Positions 10,069-21,006 of a DNA stretch of 64,000 bases are shown here, in pieces. This DNA is from Spirulina sp. Lineage in GTDB: Bacteria; Cyanobacteriota; Cyanobacteriia; Phormidesmidales; Phormidesmidaceae. The stretch covers positions 64,001 to 128,000 of the forward strand of contig JBIPSI010000001.1 in NCBI GenBank assembly GCA_044070495.1. The letters run 5' to 3'. The notes under the pieces were generated by a model. The model had not been told where the DNA came from. It searched no databases and worked only from the letters and a program-made list of their open reading frames with translations. Position 1 is the first letter of the stretch, and every line of letters starts with the position of its first letter. Both the position numbers and the translations under genes were made by a program.

Positions 10069-10887
10069 ATGGACGACTCGACCCCTTCCTTCCCAGCCTG
10101 CACCCTTGGGGACACTCGGCGGGATCGCCTACGCCGTCACTTAGACACCACCGACACCCTGGCGGGGCAGATCATCAATGGCGCGATTGTGGGGCTGATT
10201 TTTCTATCTGCCGCCATTTTTGTCATCAAAACCTATCCGATCTCGCCTGAACTGGATGCTTGGCTGGATATTCTGGACTGGCTGATTGTACTGGCCTTTT
10301 CCTTAGAATATGGCCTACGGCTATGGGTGGCCCCCAATCCCTGGCGCTATGGGTTTAGCTTCTATGGATTGCTTGACTTAGCCGCCATTTTGCCCTCTTG
10401 GATTGGGGTGTTTGATATTCGCTTTCTGCGATTTTTTCGATCCTTGCGAATTCTGCGGCTGGTGCGAATCTTCAATGATCGCCTCTGGTTTGGCCAAGTT
10501 ACCAGTGCCGAAAGCCTGATCCTGCTGCGGATTTTGTTTACCCTAGGGGCGATTATTTTTATCTATTCCGGCCTCATTTTCCAGGTCGAGCATCCCCGCA
10601 ACCCAGACAGCTTTAAAACCTTTGTAGATGCCCTTTATTTCGCGGTCGTCACCATGACCACCGTAGGCTACGGCGATGTTACCCCGATTTCCGAAGCAGG
10701 CCGAGGGCTAACGGTGGCCATGATTTTAACCGGGGTGGCCCTCATTCCTACCCAGGTAAGCCGCCTGATTCGACAGTGGGCCAAGGTGACCAAATCGCGT
10801 CACCACCCCTGCCCCGGCTGTGACTGGACAAGCCACGATGCCGATGCCCGCTTCTGTAAACGCTGCGGCACCGCTTTAGACGATTGA
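10069..10887 (+). CDS. Potassium channel / ion transporter
   Basis: TMTTVGYGD selectivity filter, Arg-rich S4-like segment, C-terminal Cys motif (CPGC...FCKRCG). Confidence 0.9.
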   Translation: MDDSTPSFPACTLGDTRRDRLRRHLDTTDTLAGQIINGAIVGLIFLSAAIFVIKTYPISPELDAWLDILDWLIVLAFSLEYGLRLWVAPNPWRYGFSFYGLLDLAAILPSWIGVFDIRFLRFFRSLRILRLVRIFNDRLWFGQVTSAESLILLRILFTLGAIIFIYSGLIFQVEHPRNPDSFKTFVDALYFAVVTMTTVGYGDVTPISEAGRGLTVAMILTGVALIPTQVSRLIRQWAKVTKSRHHPCPGCDWTSHDADARFCKRCGTALDD

Positions 10888-11020
10888 GGATGCCAATCCC
10901 AGCCCCAGAAACCCGGTTGCTAGATCTGCGTTGCCCAGATCTCTGGGCTAGGTAGGCGGTACATGGTGGCGTGGTAGGAGACTGGAGGTTGATCCCAAGC
11001 CCCGACCGGCCTATTAACCC

Positions 11021-12370
<1,350 letters not shown>

Positions 12371-12561
12371 TCTATAGGGCGATAGTCTCTCAACCAGAAT
12401 CATACGATGGTTGCTGATCCTATCACGGGGGGTGGGGAAGAAAATTTGTGATCCGAAGGGGCTAACAAAGCGGTCATTATGGTTTATCCTTATAAAGCTG
12501 AGATGCGCCCCCTAGGCTAAATACCCTCATGAGCTTGAGTTAGGCGGTTTCAGTCCAGTCT

Positions 12562-12643
12562 GCGGATGTGGTGGAATTGGTAGACACGCACGCTTGAGGG
12601 GCGTGTGGCTCACGCTGTGCGAGTTCGAGTCTCGCCATCCGCA
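12562..12643 (+). tRNA. tRNA-Leu(GAG)
   Basis: GCGGATG/CATCCGC acceptor stem, TGGTAGAC D-arm, anticodon loop TTGAGGG, long variable arm, GTTCGAGT T-loop. Confidence 0.95.
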
Positions 12644-12932
12644 TTGTTTTTCCTCGGCACTGTTTTCCTTCCGGTGCCTATCTCTGCTTATGGCAGAAGG
12701 TCGTTTTCCCAGTTGATCCGCGACAGCTTTTAGCCCTGTTTGGTATTTGGCTACTGTTTTAGCTTGGAGCCGGTTGGTGACGATACCGGAGTGGGGGATT
12801 TTGATGCCCCCGGAGCAAGGGGAAATATTTGGCTTGTTGAGGCATGATTGTTAGATAAGTTGCTGCTCCTCGATTTTTTGCTCCTCGATTTTTAAGGAGA
12901 GTTCGGAGGGTTAGGGATGATGATGATTCTCT

Positions 12933-13286
12933 GGGAACCTCGATTAATTGTTTTTTTGGCTAATGGCGTCTCATTTGAGACAGTCCAGGTGATTCAGAGA
13001 GATTCCATGACCTCCCAACGGAAAGAGTCCCCTATTTTTTGGGAAAAAATAGGGTTGGAAGACCCCATTGAAGTCGATTTCCCGACTTCAGGCCTGATTA
13101 TCTTGCCAGTTCAGCCAATGCCTCAGGTTGGGTTTCAAGATACACGAACCGCTTCAGGTTATACACCAAATTTTTCAGACCCAACTGAGTCTGAGCCCGT
13201 GCCAACCCGATGCTGCGCACCACCTTGCCTCCCATGCTGGTGACAAACTCTCCAAAGACATGTTCCACTCTGGCACGGGTTTTAGA
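12933..13286 (-). mobile_element. IS5-family remnant (transposase C-terminal 62 aa plus probable right end)
   Basis: 13286-13098 translates SKTRARVEHVFG...RSIGLARAQTQLGLKNLVYNLKR, an IS5 DDE C-terminal signature; probable end sequence GAGGTTCCC at about 12933-12941. Confidence 0.85.
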
Positions 13287-13408
13287 GGCTCTTCTGGGTT
13301 TGTGACTGAATTTGTATAGCAGTATACGGTTTGTATTTTTGAAGATAGCCGAAAGCCTTGTTGCACCGAGATATCAGGTTGGCTTATCACCATATACCCA
13401 GAAGAGCC
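13287..13408. mobile_element. 122-bp MITE with ISL3-like GGCTCTT ends
   Basis: Perfect inverted repeat AGAGGCTCTTCTGGGT (13284-13299) / ACCCAGAAGAGCCTCT (13396-13411); its left end coincides with the IS5 truncation point. Confidence 0.7.
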
Positions 13409-13419
13409 TCTTTGGGCAT

Positions 13420-15321
13420 CTATTCCACCGTCACGCTCTTGGCGAGGTTGCGGGGTTGATCTACATCCAAACCGCGACGGGCTGCGATGTGGTAGGCCAG
13501 CAGTTGCAGGGGAATCACCGCCACGATGGGGGAGAGCAGTTCATCCACCGGGGGCACGGGCAGCAGTTTGTCGAAGGTGTCGGCGGCATCGGTATCTCCG
13601 GTGGGCACTACGCCGATTAGTTGGGCATCGCGGGCCTTGGCCTCCTGGGCATTGGAGAGCACCTTGTCGTAGACGCTCCCCGGCATGGCAATGGCCACCA
13701 CGGGCACCTTGGCATCCAGCAGGGCGATGGGGCCGTGCTTCATTTCGCCAGCGGGGTAGCCCTCGGCGTGGATGTAGCTGATTTCCTTCAGCTTTAGGGC
13801 ACCTTCTAGGGCAATGGGGAAGTTTACCCCTCGGCCCAAAAAGATAAAGTCCTGGGTGTCGTTAAAGTCGTGGGCGAGGTCTTCGATGTAGCGTTCCTGG
13901 CTTTCGAGCACTTGCTCAATATAGGCCGGAAGCTGGTGCAGTTGAGCGATGATTTCCTCAATCCGCTGGGGGGAGAGGGTTTTACGACGGTAGGCCAAAT
14001 CTAGGGCCAGGAAGTAGAAGGCCATCACCTGGGCGGTGAAGGTTTTGGTGGCGGCCACCCCGATTTCGATCCCGGCGTGGGTGTCGATGATGTGGGGCAC
14101 CAGGCGAGAGAGGGAGCTTTCGGGCCGATTGGTGATGCCCACCATGCGCGGCGCAAAGCGAGGGTCGTCCTGGGTGGTGCGGCGGGCTTGTTCCATTTCC
14201 AACGCGGCCAGGGTGTCGGCGGTTTCGCCGGATTGGGTGACGCCGATGGTGAGGGTGTTGGGAATTAGCGGCGTGGGGGAATAGCGAAATTCCGAGGCAT
14301 ACTGCACCATCACGGGCAGTTCCGCCAGTTGTTCGATCAGGTACTTACCCACCAGCCCCGCGTGCCAACTGGTGCCGCAGGCCACAATCTGCACATGATC
14401 CAGGCCGTCCAGCACCCCATCAGCGATGCCCAACTGCACCGGAGAACGGCCTGAATCGGCATTGATTCCATTGTCGATGTAGGTTTCTAGGCAAGTCCGC
14501 ACCACTCCGGGCTGCTCGTAGATTTCCTTCAGCATGAAGTGCTTGAAGCCCTGCTTTTCCACCATGATCGGGTTCCAGTTCAGGGTGATGGGGTGCTTGC
14601 GCTGGCGGTCTCCGGCAAAGTTGTAGACCTCTACCCCCAGGGGCGAGAGGCTGGCCAGTTCGCCATTTTCTAGGGGCAGCACAGCGCGGGTGTAGGGCAC
14701 GATGGCGGGGGTATCGCTGGCGCAGAAAAATTCCCCTTGGCCAAAGCCGATGACGAGGGGAGCCTGCTGCCGTACCACCACCAACTCATCGGGAAAATCC
14801 GCCGACACAATCGCTAGGGCAAAGGCCCCCTGCAAGTCCTGACAGGCCAGCCGTACCGCCTCGAATAGGGCTGAACGACCCTGGAAGTCCCCGGTTTTGC
14901 CGATCTTGGCCAGGTGGGAGGACACCAGATGGGGCACCACTTCGGTATCGGTATCCGACAGGAACTTGTGGCCCTCGGCCTTGAGGGTTTCCCGTAGTTC
15001 CCGGTAGTTTTCGACAATGCCGTTTTGCACCACGGCAATGCGGCCCTCGGTATCGCGGTGGGGGTGGGCATTGTATTCTTCGGGTTTGCCGTGGGTGGCC
15101 CAGCGAGTGTGGCCAATGCCCAGGCGGGCCGGATTCTCTAGGCCGTCGATTTTATCTTGCAGGTTTTGCAGCTTGCCCTTGGCCCGCACACAGTGTAGTT
15201 CGCCCTCAAACACCGTGGCAATGCCCGCCGAATCGTAGCCGCGATACTCTAGCTTGCGCAGCCCCTCCATCAAAATGGTGGTGGCGGCCTGGGTTCCGAT
15301 ATATCCGACAATGCCACACAT
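13420..15321 (-). CDS. glmS: Glutamine--fructose-6-phosphate aminotransferase
   Basis: MCGIVG start, GHTRWATHG, C-terminal PRNLAKSVTVE. Confidence 0.98.
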   Translation of the reverse strand: MCGIVGYIGTQAATTILMEGLRKLEYRGYDSAGIATVFEGELHCVRAKGKLQNLQDKIDGLENPARLGIGHTRWATHGKPEEYNAHPHRDTEGRIAVVQNGIVENYRELRETLKAEGHKFLSDTDTEVVPHLVSSHLAKIGKTGDFQGRSALFEAVRLACQDLQGAFALAIVSADFPDELVVVRQQAPLVIGFGQGEFFCASDTPAIVPYTRAVLPLENGELASLSPLGVEVYNFAGDRQRKHPITLNWNPIMVEKQGFKHFMLKEIYEQPGVVRTCLETYIDNGINADSGRSPVQLGIADGVLDGLDHVQIVACGTSWHAGLVGKYLIEQLAELPVMVQYASEFRYSPTPLIPNTLTIGVTQSGETADTLAALEMEQARRTTQDDPRFAPRMVGITNRPESSLSRLVPHIIDTHAGIEIGVAATKTFTAQVMAFYFLALDLAYRRKTLSPQRIEEIIAQLHQLPAYIEQVLESQERYIEDLAHDFNDTQDFIFLGRGVNFPIALEGALKLKEISYIHAEGYPAGEMKHGPIALLDAKVPVVAIAMPGSVYDKVLSNAQEAKARDAQLIGVVPTGDTDAADTFDKLLPVPPVDELLSPIVAVIPLQLLAYHIAARRGLDVDQPRNLAKSVTVE

Positions 15322-15486
15322 AGCCGTTCCTCCGCAGCGCTGGGCTCAAATCGTTTTCCTAGGGTAGCGCCTTGGGGATCAGAATCGTAGCCCTGGGAAA
15401 CACACCCGACGGAATGCCCACTAGGATACACGGTGAACCCAGGTCTGTGCGGCCCATATTACCAAGGGGCGACCTGCTGGGAGAAT

Positions 15487-16764
15487 CTACCCTTCGGCTA
15501 GGGGGGCGACGGCGGCCTCTGGCCCCAGCAACACAATGGTGGGATCGTAGAAAAAGGCCTGGGCCACGGCTTCCGTATCGAGGGCGGTAACGGCATTGAC
15601 CAGGTCGGAGAAGTGTTGGTCAAACTCGACGCCTAGGCCCAAAATTTCGTACCAGCCCAGCAGTTGGGCCAGTTGGGCGTTAGTTTGTTTGCCGAGGGCA
15701 TATTGCCCCAAAAGTTTGTTTTTGGCCGCTTGCAATTCCTCTTCGCTAAGCAGAACGTTGCGCAGGCGTTCCACCTCAAACCGCAGCCCCTCTAGGGCGG
15801 TGGCGGCATTGTCTGGGGCGGTGCCCATGTAGGCCACAAACTGCGACGACCCTAGGCGGGTGGGATAAAACGCCGAGACATCGTAGGCCAGGCCCCGTTT
15901 TTCCCGCAGTTCCACAAACAGACGGCTAGAGAGCCCATTGCCTAGATAGGTGTTGATCAACTTCAGGGCGGCATAGGCCGGATGCTGCACCGACGCCCCC
16001 CCGTAGCCCACCATCACAATGGCCTGGTTGGTCTCCTGGATGACGGGGATACGAACCTGCACAGGCTCTACGTCTGGGAACTGTAGCGTCAGGGGCGGAG
16101 TGGTAGGCCGGGGCCAGTCTCCCAGGGTGCGCTCCACCTGCTCCACGGCGGCTTCTGGGCTGATGCGACCCACCACCGTTACCACCACGTTATCGGGCCG
16201 AAAGTGCTGGCGATGGAACGCCAGGAGTTGTTCCTGGGTGAAGGCGGTGACGCTGGCCTCGGTGCCGATGCTGGAGAGGGCGTAGGGGTGTTCGCCATAC
16301 ATGGCCTGCCGTAGTTCGTTGAAGGCCACCGTAAAGGGCTGCTCCTGCATGGATCGAATTTGCTGGAGGGTGAGCCGTTGTTCGAGGTCGATTTCCTCCG
16401 GGGGAAAGCTGGGGCGGCGCAGCAAATCGGTGGCTAGGGCAAAGATGTCCTCAAAATCGGTTGCCACGGTTTTGAGGCTGATGACACTGTAGTCGGTGGC
16501 GGAGTCGGTGCTGAGGCTGGCCCCCACGGATTCCACCGCTTCGGCAATGGCCATGGACGATAACCGATCGGTGCCCTTGGTGAGCAGACCCATCAAAAAG
16601 CTGACCAGCCCAGCGGTGTCCGGGGTTTCAAAGGCACTGCCCGCTCGAATAAAGATACGAGCTGAGATAATGTCCGCCACAGGATTTTCGAGAACGAGCA
16701 CCGTGAGCCCATTGGCCAAGACGGTGCGGTGAAGGCGGGGTACGTGGAGTAGAGAGGCTGTCAC
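15487..16764 (-). CDS. M16 family peptidase, non-catalytic subunit
   Basis: M16 fold motifs (LANGL, SSRLFVELREKRGLAY) without HxxEH. Confidence 0.9.
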   Translation of the reverse strand: MTASLLHVPRLHRTVLANGLTVLVLENPVADIISARIFIRAGSAFETPDTAGLVSFLMGLLTKGTDRLSSMAIAEAVESVGASLSTDSATDYSVISLKTVATDFEDIFALATDLLRRPSFPPEEIDLEQRLTLQQIRSMQEQPFTVAFNELRQAMYGEHPYALSSIGTEASVTAFTQEQLLAFHRQHFRPDNVVVTVVGRISPEAAVEQVERTLGDWPRPTTPPLTLQFPDVEPVQVRIPVIQETNQAIVMVGYGGASVQHPAYAALKLINTYLGNGLSSRLFVELREKRGLAYDVSAFYPTRLGSSQFVAYMGTAPDNAATALEGLRFEVERLRNVLLSEEELQAAKNKLLGQYALGKQTNAQLAQLLGWYEILGLGVEFDQHFSDLVNAVTALDTEAVAQAFFYDPTIVLLGPEAAVAPLAEG

Positions 16765-16908
16765 AGGCAGAGTGGGGGGGGTAGAGGATAAGGGTTGGGA
16801 ATTAGGCGTTGGGTAAGTAGGTTCTGATGATCAGGAATCCTAAAACCCTTTTGGTTTTTGACTTTTGACTTCTGATGGCAACACCTAAACTAGCCATGGC
16901 CAGCGGGT

Positions 16909-18162
16909 CTAGGCGGGACGCAGGATGGTAGACACATAGCGTAGGGGGGTAAGGTATTGGCCGACAATCTGGCGAAGGTTGGCTTCGTCATAGCTTTGTA
17001 CCGTGGGCACGTAGGTGAGGCAGCGGTCGGCGGCGGCGATGGTGCCGTAGTAGCCGTAGAGTCCGGCGATTTGGCCGGGAGCCTCGGTGGAAAAGGCATA
17101 GTCGTTGCAGAGCAGGCGCTTAGCCCTGGCCAGCTCGGCATCGGGAATGGGCTGGTTGGCCAATTCGCTGAGGCGGTCGCAGATGATCGCCTCCACCCGG
17201 TCAACGTGATCGGCCTCTAGCCAGACCTGGATGGTAAACAGGCTGCAATCCCGCTGGAGGGAGAAGCTGGCCGCCACATCCTGCACCAGTTGGCGTTCCT
17301 CTCGCAGTTCTCGCACTAGCCGTGAACTGCGCCCCTGGGCCAGCAGAGCCGAGATCAGGTCTAGGCCGAAGGCGGTGGGCAGGTCTTCAATGCCGGGGCC
17401 AAGCCAGGCCATAGACAGGCGAGCCTGTTCTAGACGGGGTAACGTCAGGATATCGCGGTGAACGCCGTGCAGTTGGGGCAGGGGGACGGTGGTGACAGGG
17501 GGGCAGGGGGGCGGGCTGGGGAAGGCTCGAAAGGCATGGCGAACCATGTCCACCGTGGGTTCTAGGGGCATGCCCCCGGTAATCACCACGGTCATGTTGT
17601 GGGGCTGGTAGTGGGCCTGGTGAAAACAGCGCATTTCCTCGGGGGATCGGCGCTGCAAAATGTCGGCGGTGCCCAGCACGGGCCGTCCGTAGGGATGCCC
17701 CTGGTAGACCTGTTCTGCCATGGCCTGAAACCCTAGCCAGTCGGGATCGTCCTGGGCTTGGCGAATTTCCTCTAGCACCACCTGCCGTTCGCGCACAAAC
17801 TCGTCGGCGGGGATGGCCGCATGGAGCAACAACTCCGCCAGGTAGGGCAGGGTGGCGGGCAGCATGTCGGCGGCAATGGTGATGAAAAAATGGGCGTAGT
17901 CGTGGCTGGTGGCGGCGTTGGTCATACCGCCCTGGTTTTCGATGGTGTAGTCGAATACACCGGGGGGCAGGTGATCGGTGCCCTTAAAAATCATGTGCTC
18001 TAGGAAATGGGCCATGCCCGACCATTCCGCAGGCTCCACCAACGCCCCGGCCTTCACCCACACATCCGCCACCACCACTGGCGTTGCCGCAATCTCTTGG
18101 TGAATGAGCGTTAACCCGTTCTCTAACTGAATGACGCTAGCGGGAAAATCAACCAATTTCAA
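16909..18162 (-). CDS. M16 family zinc peptidase, catalytic subunit
   Basis: GMAHFLEHMIFKG (HxxEH) motif. Confidence 0.92.
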   Translation of the reverse strand: MKLVDFPASVIQLENGLTLIHQEIAATPVVVADVWVKAGALVEPAEWSGMAHFLEHMIFKGTDHLPPGVFDYTIENQGGMTNAATSHDYAHFFITIAADMLPATLPYLAELLLHAAIPADEFVRERQVVLEEIRQAQDDPDWLGFQAMAEQVYQGHPYGRPVLGTADILQRRSPEEMRCFHQAHYQPHNMTVVITGGMPLEPTVDMVRHAFRAFPSPPPCPPVTTVPLPQLHGVHRDILTLPRLEQARLSMAWLGPGIEDLPTAFGLDLISALLAQGRSSRLVRELREERQLVQDVAASFSLQRDCSLFTIQVWLEADHVDRVEAIICDRLSELANQPIPDAELARAKRLLCNDYAFSTEAPGQIAGLYGYYGTIAAADRCLTYVPTVQSYDEANLRQIVGQYLTPLRYVSTILRPA

Positions 18163-18513
18163 CGAGCCAACCCTTTCATGACGAATTCAACCTGGAGCGT
18201 AGCCCTAGCCCCTTTCCATGATTTTTTCCAGGGGTCGGTGATGAAGCGAGAACGTAGTAGCCTAGCGGTGCGCTGACTCGAAAAGGCTATGACGTGGAAA
18301 GGTGTCTAGGGCAATAGACCGTGGTTTGCTGCTCATTTTAGCGCCTATTTCGATCCTAAAAGCCCTGTAGCCCTTCTCAAGCCGTGGCAAACAGGGCAAT
18401 CTGCATAAAAACTTCACACTGGCCTCCCTAGGAATGTACTGACCTGCCTGGGGGGGGCCGTAGATAGAACCAGGGAAGTCTCTGCCCCCTTGGCCAACCC
18501 GTAAGGAGTCTTG

Positions 18514-19995
18514 ATGATGATGCGTGTTTGGGTGCTTGCCTCCTGTGGCGGTTTGCTGGCCCTGTCGGCCTGTAGTGCAGAGCCGACCACCACCGCCCAG
18601 CCTAGTCCTCTCGATCCGTCCGATGATGACCTCCAGGCGGCAGATCGCCCCTCTGTGCTGGATCACACCCCCGGAACGACGATCACCGAGCGCGACCTGA
18701 TTCGTCCCGAACTGCGCCCCAGCCGATCCCAGCGGGCCCCCATCCCCAGTGCGGCGAGGAGTCAGCGAACCACCCTCAGCCCAGAACAACTGCGGGATCG
18801 GGTGGAGCGGATCCGCGCCCAGCAAATTCAGCGTAGCCCTACCCCTGGTCGCGCCCCTGGCATGGCCCAGACCCGCCCCCCGGCCCAAGCTAGCCAAGCG
18901 GATGGGGCCGATGTTGCTCTACGCCCCGGCATGGTGCCCACCGCCACCCTGACCATCACGCCCCTGACGCCGCCGCCTCGACCGACGCTGTCCCCAGTGG
19001 CCCCCAGCCCATCGGTGGCCAGCGATTCTATTAAGCCGTCTGCGGCTACATCGGTGGCCCCAACCAATCTGGACCATGAAGTAGCTGTCTTCCTGGGCGA
19101 GGCGTCTACCCAGGCGGCGGATCTGGGCGTTCCAGAACCTGCGACCTTAGCCCGGAACTTTCCCCTGCGTTCCACCGCCCACCAGAGCGATGGTGCCCGT
19201 CACCGCCAAGATTCCGTAGTCATTTCGGTAGCCCAACCCTCAGATTTGACGGATGTTGCCCAACGGGAGATCCCTGGCAGGGGGGCAGGCTGGGAGACAT
19301 CCACCGCCCACCATAGCCCTTGGATGACCGCTGACCAAGTCGCGTCCCAGGTTGATTCCCAGCCCCTCTTTGCCCAAGCTGAAGCCCAGCCTAGGGCGAC
19401 GACCGATGCCACGCACTCAGTCCTAGAACCTGAGAGTACCGCTCTCCCCCAGTCTGAGATCCCAGCAACCGAAGTGACTGAGTCCCTAGAAACCGAAGGC
19501 GCTGAGTTCCAATCAACCGAAGGGGCTGAGTCCCTAGAAACCGAAGGCGCTGAGTTCTCACAGGCTGAGAGAGTTATCCCTAGCCCGGTGGTGCTCCCTT
19601 CGTCAGAGCTGTCAGCGGATCCTAGCCTAAGCGCCCCTGGCCCTGGCCTAAGCGCTCCGGTGGACGGGGCCGAGTCGCCCCACTGGTCGGCCCTAGGGCC
19701 TGAGGTGTCGGTCTCGGCGGTGCCCATGGCCCTGGATGGCCCACGGTTTGCTGATTCCAACGCCCATCAGCGCTCAGAGAGTGCGGCCCCAACGACGGCG
19801 TCTGTGATGGCGGAATCTGCTGCGGAATGGTCGTCCTCAGGATCGATCTCCCACTGCGCTCGTCCGCCCCTGACTAAGCCCCTACCGTCAGACACCCTTG
19901 CAGACTCGGCCATCCTAGAGGCCAAGGGCATTCCAGGGGAGATGGCGGCTGAGGAGATCGCGGCTGAGGAGATCGCGGTGGTCGATTGCCCCTGA
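18514..19995 (+). CDS. Hypothetical low-complexity lipoprotein
   Basis: Lipobox-like LALSAC, P/S/T/E-rich body with internal repeats (ESLETEGAEF x2); AGGAG upstream. Confidence 0.6.
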   Translation: MMMRVWVLASCGGLLALSACSAEPTTTAQPSPLDPSDDDLQAADRPSVLDHTPGTTITERDLIRPELRPSRSQRAPIPSAARSQRTTLSPEQLRDRVERIRAQQIQRSPTPGRAPGMAQTRPPAQASQADGADVALRPGMVPTATLTITPLTPPPRPTLSPVAPSPSVASDSIKPSAATSVAPTNLDHEVAVFLGEASTQAADLGVPEPATLARNFPLRSTAHQSDGARHRQDSVVISVAQPSDLTDVAQREIPGRGAGWETSTAHHSPWMTADQVASQVDSQPLFAQAEAQPRATTDATHSVLEPESTALPQSEIPATEVTESLETEGAEFQSTEGAESLETEGAEFSQAERVIPSPVVLPSSELSADPSLSAPGPGLSAPVDGAESPHWSALGPEVSVSAVPMALDGPRFADSNAHQRSESAAPTTASVMAESAAEWSSSGSISHCARPPLTKPLPSDTLADSAILEAKGIPGEMAAEEIAAEEIAVVDCP

Positions 19996-20081
19996 TTCCA
20001 GTGGCCCTGATTCAAGGTCGCCCTGATTCAAGATAGATTGACCGTAGCTAAACGTTAAGGAAACAAGCGTCGCCGCTTGCC

Positions 20082-20918
20082 TCAGGAGGTGAGGCGACTT
20101 CGCAGCCAGCGTATCCCTTGCCCATAGCGGGTGGCCATCCAATCAAAGCTACGCCAGCCGTACAGAATACCCAGCACCAGGATCACCCCATGGCCGAGGT
20201 GAAAGCCCCACAGCACCCAATCACAATGACGGATGATGGCCGAACCGAGGAATGCCCCGATTCTTTGATCGATCCCGTGGCACAGCAGCGGTAGGGTATC
20301 GCTTTCCCTGGCCCAAAGAATGAGTACATTGCCCCCGCTGACCAGTTGTAGCCCGATGCCCAGGGGAACAACCGCCAAAAAGGCCCCCAGGGGGAGCAAA
20401 ATCAGGCCATTCATGCCGACAAAGTAGGCCAAATGCAGGGCCAGCAACCAGCCCAGGTTGGCCGGAGTGCGGGCCACCTGGGAGGCTGTGCCCCATTCCC
20501 ATAGGCTAAAGACTAGGGTGGGCAGCACCACCACCACCCAGGGCCAAAACAGCCAGGGCTGGCCCATTAGGATGGGTAACTGGACGCTCAGGATCAGCAG
20601 CGGAAAGCCGATCCCCAGCCCTGCCATGAGGCCAAACCCTAGACCCCACAGGGTTAGACAGACCTTGACCATTGCCTGAGGCGTAGCCCGTGGCCCCAGG
20701 GTGATCAACCGAATCGCAACGGCCACCGTGCTGAGTAGGCCCAGACCCACTACCATCCCCAGGGCACCCCAGCCGTCATGCCGCTGCTGCCATCGGTACA
20801 CCTGAATTCCCAGCCCCAACAGCCCTAGAGCCAAGACCAGGTTCAGACCCATTAGCCCGATCCAGGCACCCCATTGGGGTTTTGGGTTTGGTGGAGGCGA
20901 ATCCTGCCGTTGTGCCAT
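20082..20918 (-). CDS. Hypothetical multi-pass membrane protein
   Basis: 278-aa ORF with several hydrophobic segments. Confidence 0.65.
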   Translation of the reverse strand: MAQRQDSPPPNPKPQWGAWIGLMGLNLVLALGLLGLGIQVYRWQQRHDGWGALGMVVGLGLLSTVAVAIRLITLGPRATPQAMVKVCLTLWGLGFGLMAGLGIGFPLLILSVQLPILMGQPWLFWPWVVVVLPTLVFSLWEWGTASQVARTPANLGWLLALHLAYFVGMNGLILLPLGAFLAVVPLGIGLQLVSGGNVLILWARESDTLPLLCHGIDQRIGAFLGSAIIRHCDWVLWGFHLGHGVILVLGILYGWRSFDWMATRYGQGIRWLRSRLTS

Positions 20919-21006
20919 CGTTTTCTGGTTTTCGTTGCCGCCAGCGGTCTTTTTGCAGCGAGTAGCGTGGGGAGGACGGTTGGCCCCATCGGTCTAGGCT
21001 AGGCCC

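Noticed and set aside
12917..13393. ORFs 12917..13243, 13128..13319 and 13175..13393 as genes
   Set aside because: They are alternative frames over the IS5 remnant and MITE; the meaningful frame is 13286-13098 on the minus strand
13287..13419. Tn7 insertion at attTn7 downstream of glmS
   Set aside because: No TGT...ACA ends, TnsB-site arrays, 5-bp duplication or tns genes were seen
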